Positions 51,067 through 64,000 of a stretch of DNA of 64,000 nt are shown in pieces. The notes beneath the pieces were generated by a model. The model was not told where the DNA came from, searched no databases, and worked only from the letters and a program-made list of their open reading frames with translations. Origin of the DNA: Ministeria vibrans ATCC 50519 (Eukaryota; Protista; Filasterea); contig CALSCP010002461.1 of NCBI GenBank assembly GCA_943704425.1, positions 33,823-97,822 on the forward strand, given 5' to 3'. The position numbers and the translations under genes were made by a program. Numbering within the stretch: position 1 is the first letter of the stretch; every line of letters begins with the position of its first letter.

Positions 51067-51275
51067 NNNNNNNNNNNNNNNNNNNNNNNNNNNNNNNNNN
51101 NNNNNNNNNNNNNNNNNNNNNNNNNNNNNNNNNNNNNNNNNNNNNNNNNNNNNNNNNNNNNNNACCACCGGCGTACGTTGCCTGTATGCGACACTGTTGG
51201 ACGCACGCTCCCCTCTCGGCGCGCCCGTCCTTTGCGGAAATTGTGCCCGCACTGTTGACCATCGAGGAAGAGTGA
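51067..51275. other. Assembly gap followed by a duplicate of the kinase 3' end
   Basis: N run at 51067-51163; 51164-51275 repeats about 50955-51066. Confidence 0.95.
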
Positions 51276-51340
51276 TCGTATGATGATCAACAGGTGATTT
51301 GTTGTTGTTAGCATTAAAATTGTAGTATTATAGTAAGATG

Positions 51341-51382
<42 letters not shown>

Positions 51383-51649
51383 GAGTTATTGAGTCGATTG
51401 TCTATTTATTTTGTTTGGAAGTCTACTATTGTGTTGCTCTTTGTTTTTACTATAGTTTTGTTTTTATATTGAGTGATTCTCTATTTATTTATTTCTATTT
51501 TTCTTATTTCATTTCTCTTCTCCTGGGTGTATCAGTGGATCTATGCGCTTCTTTTGGGACATTCTCGGCAGAAGTATTGTAATAAATGTACTTTTTGTAA
51601 GATTAGGTATAGATTTATTTTTCTTAATAAGTATTTTTATTATTATTTG

Positions 51650-52165
51650 ATGTCGGAGGTCAAATCGTATCTCACACACGACAACGGAGGACGACCGTTC
51701 AAGGTGTGCATTGAATCGACAGGCGAGGTGAATGTGTTCTTGGCGGATGCACAAGATAGTGCGTCTCTCTTGACTGTAACTCCGCAACGGACCTTTGTGG
51801 GCGTCAGTCCGCTGAACGCAATGACGGAGTCGAGCGGGGGGCACGGGCCAGAGTTTGACGGCAACAGCGTGCTGCTGGTGCTGGGAGAGACGGAGGCGGT
51901 GTATGTCGGGACAGCGCTGTTCGCCTTCGCCACGGCCGCCCCCATTGTCGCCTACACGTCGCCTGTGGGCAACAGCGACGTCCCGTACGCCGCCGCCACC
52001 GACGCTCTTGGAAATGTCTATCTCATGCTTGAACGCGTTGTGCTGGGGGCGGACGCAGTTCCCGCCGAGTGCGACGACGTCTATGATCTGTACTATGAGC
52101 ACGGAGAGACGCTCAACACACGCCCCCTCGCTCCGACTGAGATCGTGCCTCGACGTCGCTCCTAA
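51650..52165 (+). CDS. Intronless hypothetical protein resembling a giant-virus (Nucleocytoviricota) family
   Basis: YLTHDNGGRPFKV, FVGVSP, GGHGPEFDGNSVLL, YTSPVGNSDVPYA, NVYLMLE; GC-rich ORF in AT-rich flanks; family recalled from memory. Confidence 0.7.
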   Translation: MSEVKSYLTHDNGGRPFKVCIESTGEVNVFLADAQDSASLLTVTPQRTFVGVSPLNAMTESSGGHGPEFDGNSVLLVLGETEAVYVGTALFAFATAAPIVAYTSPVGNSDVPYAAATDALGNVYLMLERVVLGADAVPAECDDVYDLYYEHGETLNTRPLAPTEIVPRRRS

Positions 52166-52299
52166 CGAGTCAGTGTTGTCCCTCGTGTGCTGGCGCTGGC
52201 CCTTCATTTCCCTGTAGACCCTCTGTAATGTACAATCAAACTTCAAAGGAATTCCCCATTTCCAAAAGATATTCAATCAATAATATTTTTCGAAGCAAC

Positions 52300-52579
52300 A
52301 TGAAGAATGTCTTTGATCTCGCTCACAAAGTCGTCGTGTCGGGGCTGATCGGCATCTCGGCATTGAGCTGTGCGTACATGACTGCGTCGGTAAGGTCGTT
52401 GTCGTCGAGTGCAGAGTCCCACCGACGCCCGTCTCGTCTGTCCCCCTTCCCAGGTGGCGTACATGCTGCTGGTCGACGAGCCGCTGGGGCCACACAAGAA
52501 GGCTGTCGAGCCGGCCGCCCTGGACGCCGGACTGGTCGACCAGACGCAGGCGCTGGCCCCTGGAGGAGCGGCGAAGTGA
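52300..52579 (+). CDS. Small single-TM protein, COX14-like
   Basis: MKNVFDLAHKVVVSGLIGISALSCAYMTAS|VAYMLLVDEPLG..AAK*; the D-x-x-H-K/R-x-x-V-x-x-L-x-G pattern resembles Cox14. Confidence 0.5.
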
Positions 52580-52717
52580 GTTCCCGTCAGACCGATGTGC
52601 GAGAAGTGCCCGTCTCTCTCTTTCACGCCCTCCCGTCTCTCTTTGCCGCCCCGCATGCCCGCCAGCTCCACTGTCTTTGACCATTGTAACACCATACAGT
52701 ACATAATTATATCACAT

Positions 52718-52753
<36 letters not shown>

Positions 52754-52776
52754 TAATTTTAATTTATTATTGCGTT

Positions 52777-58777
<6,001 letters not shown>

Positions 58778-59043
58778 CAAAAAAGGTTTACTCAACACAA
58801 TTCCCGCTCGATCGAATGAATATTCAATACTGAAAAGTGGAGAAGAAGCATCTCATTTATTCATAATACAATAATATTCACAATACAATAGAGCTCATTT
58901 GACATTTCTTTTGTTGCAGGACACAGGGTATACATGATTATGTAGAAGAAGAAGAAGAATACAACCCATGAAAGAAAATGGAACATAAACATAAACAATA
59001 TGATTTCTTTCTATTAAGTTATGCATATTTTTATTTCATTCCT

Positions 59044-59548
59044 TCAGCTCAATTGGTCCAATTGCTCTTGTACTGTCTCTAACTGATTGTAAAAGTCGAC
59101 AAGCTCATCGTGTGTAAACTCCAACAGAGTGTTCTGCAAAGACACATGATAAGTCCCACACAGACACGATGTATATACTCTTTCTCTCTGTTTGTTTTTT
59201 TTTTCCTCCTCTCCCTTGTACCTCTCCGCTCGTCTTCAACTCAATCTGCGCCATGGGAATCTTCATTTTCGCCTGCGACATCTACAGAGATACAAAACAA
59301 AACCACACAATTTAGACGTGGCAACATATGCGTCACATGGTAAAGAGGTGTCTACCTGAGCCATTTGCAAGTTCAGCCGCCAGTTGGTGCCCTCCGCCAC
59401 CGTAGGACACAGCGACCGCTCTCTCATCTCCCCAACCACTGCCCCTCCGTTCTTTTTCCACACTTTTGCAAATACATCGGCACTGGCGACGCCCACAAGA
59501 GACAACTGTGCTGCGAACGTGTCAGGTGACGCTGCATGGTACGCAGCC
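59044..59548 (-). CDS. COMMD10: COMM domain protein 10, C-terminal three exons only
   Basis: AAYHAASP..VWKKNG..WRLNLQMAQ|MSQAKMKIPMAQIEL..|NTLLEFTHDELVDFYNQLETVQEQLDQLS*; the expected N-terminal half was not recognised. Confidence 0.85.
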
Positions 59549-59561
59549 TGAAAGAAAGAAA

Positions 59562-59650
<89 letters not shown>

Positions 59651-60158
59651 CAAAGTGATAGAGAGAGACAGAGAGAGAGAGTCAAGAGACGCGCTGCTGC
59701 TTCCCTGGCCCTACCCACGCCCAGCGGACCCCCGACGACCGTCCGCCATCGGCAAACTGCGGAAGTCCCTGCAGCGACGTGGCGCCAAAGCACCGCCAGC
59801 AGTGGTTATCGCCCTCTGAGCCTGTGCAGTCAGCGCAGTCAGACAGTGCGCTCTTTTCCCGTTCCTTTCCTCTCCAAAGCAAAACAAATCACAACTTCCA
59901 CAATGACCAACCTTCTTTCCACGCACACCACGTGCAGTGATGCGATCCCATGTCGTAGCGGAAGAGACACTGAAGAAATACACAAAAATACAGCAAAACA
60001 AAATAATAATAATAATTATTATTATTATAATAAATATAATTATTTTATTATTTATGTTGAGTACACTTTTCACTCCATCTATTTCTTATTATTATGAATA
60101 TTAAACTTATTTATAATAATAATTATTAAGAATTGTTATTATACACAAAGACGTTTTA

Positions 60159-62373
60159 TTAGACAAAGTTGTCACAGGTGTCGCGGAGAGCACATAACAT
60201 CTCATAGACGTCCGAGTCGTAGGCATTCTTTTGGCGCCACAGCGAACGGTCCAAGAGCGTCTCTTGAACACTTTGAGCCATGTCACAGTCATATTCACAG
60301 AGCTCAGTGGCAATTTGAAGGGCGATGAGGGTCAAGTGAGGTGCATCAGAGTCAGTGAGAGGCTGTTGAGGGGTGTCTGCATGAAGGACGTGCGACAGTC
60401 GACTGAACTGAGTGTGTGCGTGTGAGTTGCGTGTGAGCGTTCCCATTGGCCACTAAAAACGCATTTGATGTGTCAGAGGGATAGGATGATTGTGATGCGT
60501 TCTTACTTGAATGACATTGTCTCGGAGAGCGATAATGAGAATGACAGTGAGAGGAAGATTTGAAGGGTGCGCGTGAGAAAGAGAGAGGAGAAAGGGATAG
60601 GGAAGAGAGAGGTGAGGGTGGATGAGAAGGGACGAGAGAAGGACGGTGGAGAGGGCGGAGAGGAGCGGGGGATCACAGTCGGCGTTGAGTGTGGTGATGA
60701 GTGGGATGAGGTGTGAGTGGATGAGGGTGTGTGTGTCGGAGGCGCTGAGGTCGGGAAGGAAAGACGGAAGGATTTGGAGGAGAGAGCGCCAGAGCACGAG
60801 AGAGTGAGGAGCATAGTGAGTGATGAGGTGGGCAGTGGGAAGAAGGAGGGAGGTGAAGAGCGAGTCGTCCTGTCCTCCGCACGTCTCACGCATCCAGAGG
60901 GTGAGCACACGCACAAGAAGCACACGCACCGCATTGGTATTAGCATTGTCACTGGCAGGGTCCGTGTCATTGCCAGGAGCATTGTCATTGCCACCAGGGT
61001 TATTGTCATTAGGAGTAGGGTTGAGAAGGAGGTGTGTGCTCTCGCGTTGGACTGTGTCTGCAATGCAGAGCAGTGCGTCGCGAAGGGGTCTCTGCATCTC
61101 AAGCACAGTCGTGTCAGAAAGGTCTTCTACGAAAAGAACTACTTTCAGTCACCAATTTCGCTGCAAGGGCTTTCTCTTTTTGAGTACCGTTTGAAATGAG
61201 ATGATGGAGAATGGAGAGAAGTGAAAGGAGGAGAGAGGAGGAGTGAAGGGAAAGGGACGCAATGGAGTGTGAGTCGTCAAGAAGCATGTGAAGTTCAATG
61301 CCAACTCTGACGCAGATGAGAAGAGGAAAGGAGGGAGGAGAGAGAAAAAGTGAGGCGGAGGTGGACGGGGAGAGGACACAGAGGAGGGAGTGCGTGGAGT
61401 GGAGAGCGGTTGTGAGTTGGACGGGGGTTTGGCGACGCGCACTGAGAATGTGGGTGAGGGTGGTGCGCAGGTGGGTGAGCCAGGGGGAAGGAGGAGAAGG
61501 AAGACGGAGTAGAGAGGTGGGGGTGGTCGTGAGGAAGTCGGTGAGGAGCTGGAGGCAGGCCGTTTGGTCGTTGAGCTGCGGCGCGGTGGGCGGTGGCGAA
61601 GAGTCAAGGAGTGCGCTGAAGCTGAGACGCTCGAGAAACAGTGGAGGCGAGAGGAGGGCACAGACTTGAATGAGAATTTGACGGGCACGGGAGGCGTCCG
61701 CATTGCCGTTGGTGGCGAGTGCGGAGGGTAAGAGTGCGTCGAGGGTTGTCTCACACAACCGAGTTGCTGCGTCCTTGTGCTGTGTGTCGTTGAGGAGACG
61801 CGAGAGGGACACGACGAGGGCGGCAGCGTCGTCGGCCAGGGAGGACTCCTCGGCATGAAGAACAAGGGCAACGCAGCCGGGAAGCATGGAGCCGAGCAGT
61901 GCGCTCGTGAGAGTGTCAACGGTCGTCTCAGCGACGTTTTGGCGCTGGTCCACAATGGCTTGTGTGAGTGAGGAGAGAACCGCCAGAGCCACCGCCTTGT
62001 ACGTGGTTGGAGGACATCCTTCAGGGACCTTCTCTACACACGGGAGAGGGTGAGCAAAGGGCGGGGGGGGGAGCGCACGGGTTGATTTACGCGTGGAAAG
62101 GAGTCGCGCAAAGAAACGGAAGTCCAGGTGGTCTAAATACAACGGAATGGGGCGCGTAAGAGCAGTGGATGGGGGGCCGAGTCGTGTGTACCAATGACTT
62201 GAGCGACATTTTGCCAGTTGGACGACTTGAGAATGCGCAGTAAGAGCAACAGACCGGCAAACTGTGATGGAAATGTATAAGAAGCGACACATGTCGGAGG
62301 GCCGTCGAAGAACCTTTTCCTCGTCCGATCGGGATGCTTTAAGGAGAGGTACGCATGCTTCTAAGCTCGCCAT
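60159..62373 (-). CDS. NCDN: Neurochondrin-like helical-repeat protein
   Basis: MASLEACVPLLKASRSDEEK, LDFRFFARLLST, VPEGCPPTTYKAVALAVLSSL and VRVLTLWMRET align by eye with neurochondrin motifs. Confidence 0.75.
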
Positions 62374-62474
62374 ACTAGACGAATGATTTGAAAATAACTG
62401 CGATCGCGAATTCGCGATCAATATTATTCAAAACGATTACGATTATTAGAATACGAAAATAACATTGCTTATGG

Positions 62475-62887
62475 TCAAATTTCACTGTCCTCAGAGGGAG
62501 CTGAGGGCTCAACGGGCGGGAAAGAGTCCTCTCTGATGGGGGGATCAGAAGGGCCAGAGCCAGACGCACCGGCGGATTCGGATTCTACAAGAGCAGCTTT
62601 TTTGGAGAGAGGTTTCTCGACTGGGAGTTGCGAGGGAGAAGACGACTGGGCTTGTGAGGGATGCTGCTGTGATGGCGGTGGTGGTTGTTGCGGTGGCGTA
62701 GGCTGTTGTGCTTGTGGTGGTGGGGGAAGGTGAGGAATGGGCGCGACGGCAGTGGCATAGGGAGGCGGTTGTTCGTCGTAGTACATCTGAGAAGAAAGAG
62801 AGAGAGAGAGAGAGGAGAGAGAAAGAATAAGAGGTGAGCATGGCACAGTTGACATTGCTATGCATTACGGGCTGTTGTTGTTGTTGT

Positions 62888-62922
<35 letters not shown>

Positions 62923-63900
62923 GTACCATTGCTGGTTGGGAGGCGCGCCATGCTGTGGCTGTTGGGGAGCATAGTACTGTCCAGAGGGCAAAGGGGCACC
63001 CGCACCCCCGCCCAATGAGCTGGGGTGAGAGGGCGGAGGGGGGTAGGGCCCTTGCGGAGCATAGCGACGCACTTGCTGTTGGTGCTGTTGGTGCTGCTGT
63101 GCGAACGGAATGCGCTCGGCAAGGAGGTCTTCACGGGCTTCGCGGACGAGCGAGGGCAGACGGAAACCATCTGCAAGCCAGCCAATGCCCAGCAGACCGA
63201 CTAAAACAGACAATAGGTCAGTCCAACACACAAATGCAGAGAGAGAAAGAAGAAAGAAACAAAGTAGTAGAGAGGAAACCAAGTGATAGAGAAAGATCAT
63301 ACAAGAGAAGAAGTAGAGCCAGAAGAAACAGGGACGGCCCAGATAGAGATGATGAAAACCCAGCAGTCCCAGTGGGTTTGCCCACAGCAAATATGCTTCT
63401 CCCATGAGAATCTCTCGTTCTGGAACCTTTTCGCCCTTGATTTGCTTTTCGCGCGTCACTCGGCATTTTCGAACGAGTGATGGGAGACGGAAAAGGTCAA
63501 CAACAAGACCGAGAAGGAGATAGCCAAAGGTAAAGAAGTAGAGAATGGCCCACAGGGGACGGTTGAGGTATGCATGGTGAGCGCCAGTCAAACACAGTGG
63601 GTTAAGCAGGAGCATATCTACAGATTAATGCACAGTCATCAGCCAACGAAATCTTTTGGCACTGGCTTTGCTGTTGGCGCTTACAGGCTACGTTGAAGTG
63701 TTTCTCTTCACCGACAATCTCGCCGGTCGGAGTAAACGTGGGTGGTTCGCGCATGGTCCGGATGAAACGAGGAAGACGAAACATATCGGTGATGACTCCC
63801 ATTCCAAAATAGCCAAAGGTGCAAAAGTACAGGAGACCCCACAGGTACTGTTCGCGGTAGAAATGATGGGCACCAAGAAGGCCCATTGGAGGAATCCAGC
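62475..63900 (-). CDS. Multi-TM2-domain membrane protein with Q/P-rich tail, 5' end beyond window
   Basis: Three TM2 units (GLLGAHHFY..LYFCTFG..DMFRLP; GAHHAYL..LYFFTFG..DLFRLP; GLLGFHHLYLG..DGFRLP); tail has PPPY and PSAP. Confidence 0.85.
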
Positions 63901-63906
63901 TGTAGT

Positions 63907-64000
<94 letters not shown>

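Overview
Gene-dense, intron-containing eukaryotic DNA with GT-AG introns, many (GA)n/(CA)n/(AAT)n microsatellites, intergenic gaps often only about 100 bp, and two N-gaps. The gene set (BBS5, OSTF1, USP34, ADAMTS-like protease, COMMD10, neurochondrin, receptor TKL kinases) suggests a flagellated unicellular relative of animals; this is inference. About 23 protein genes could be reconstructed by hand. Main observations: (1) exon 1 of the PheRS beta gene lies 16 kb from exon 2, with three other genes and a gap in between, and it is also phase-compatible with a USP34 acceptor; (2) a tandem pair of LRR receptor kinases has diverged ectodomains but nearly identical TM/kinase halves, introns included; (3) an intronless gene resembles a giant-virus hypothetical family; (4) a secreted saposin carries a His-rich amphipathic tail; (5) a TPX2-like Aurora-binding motif appears only after splicing; (6) an ADAMTS-type protease is membrane anchored; (7) a short motif is dispersed next to GA tracts. 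All family calls come from motif recognition by eye, not database searches.
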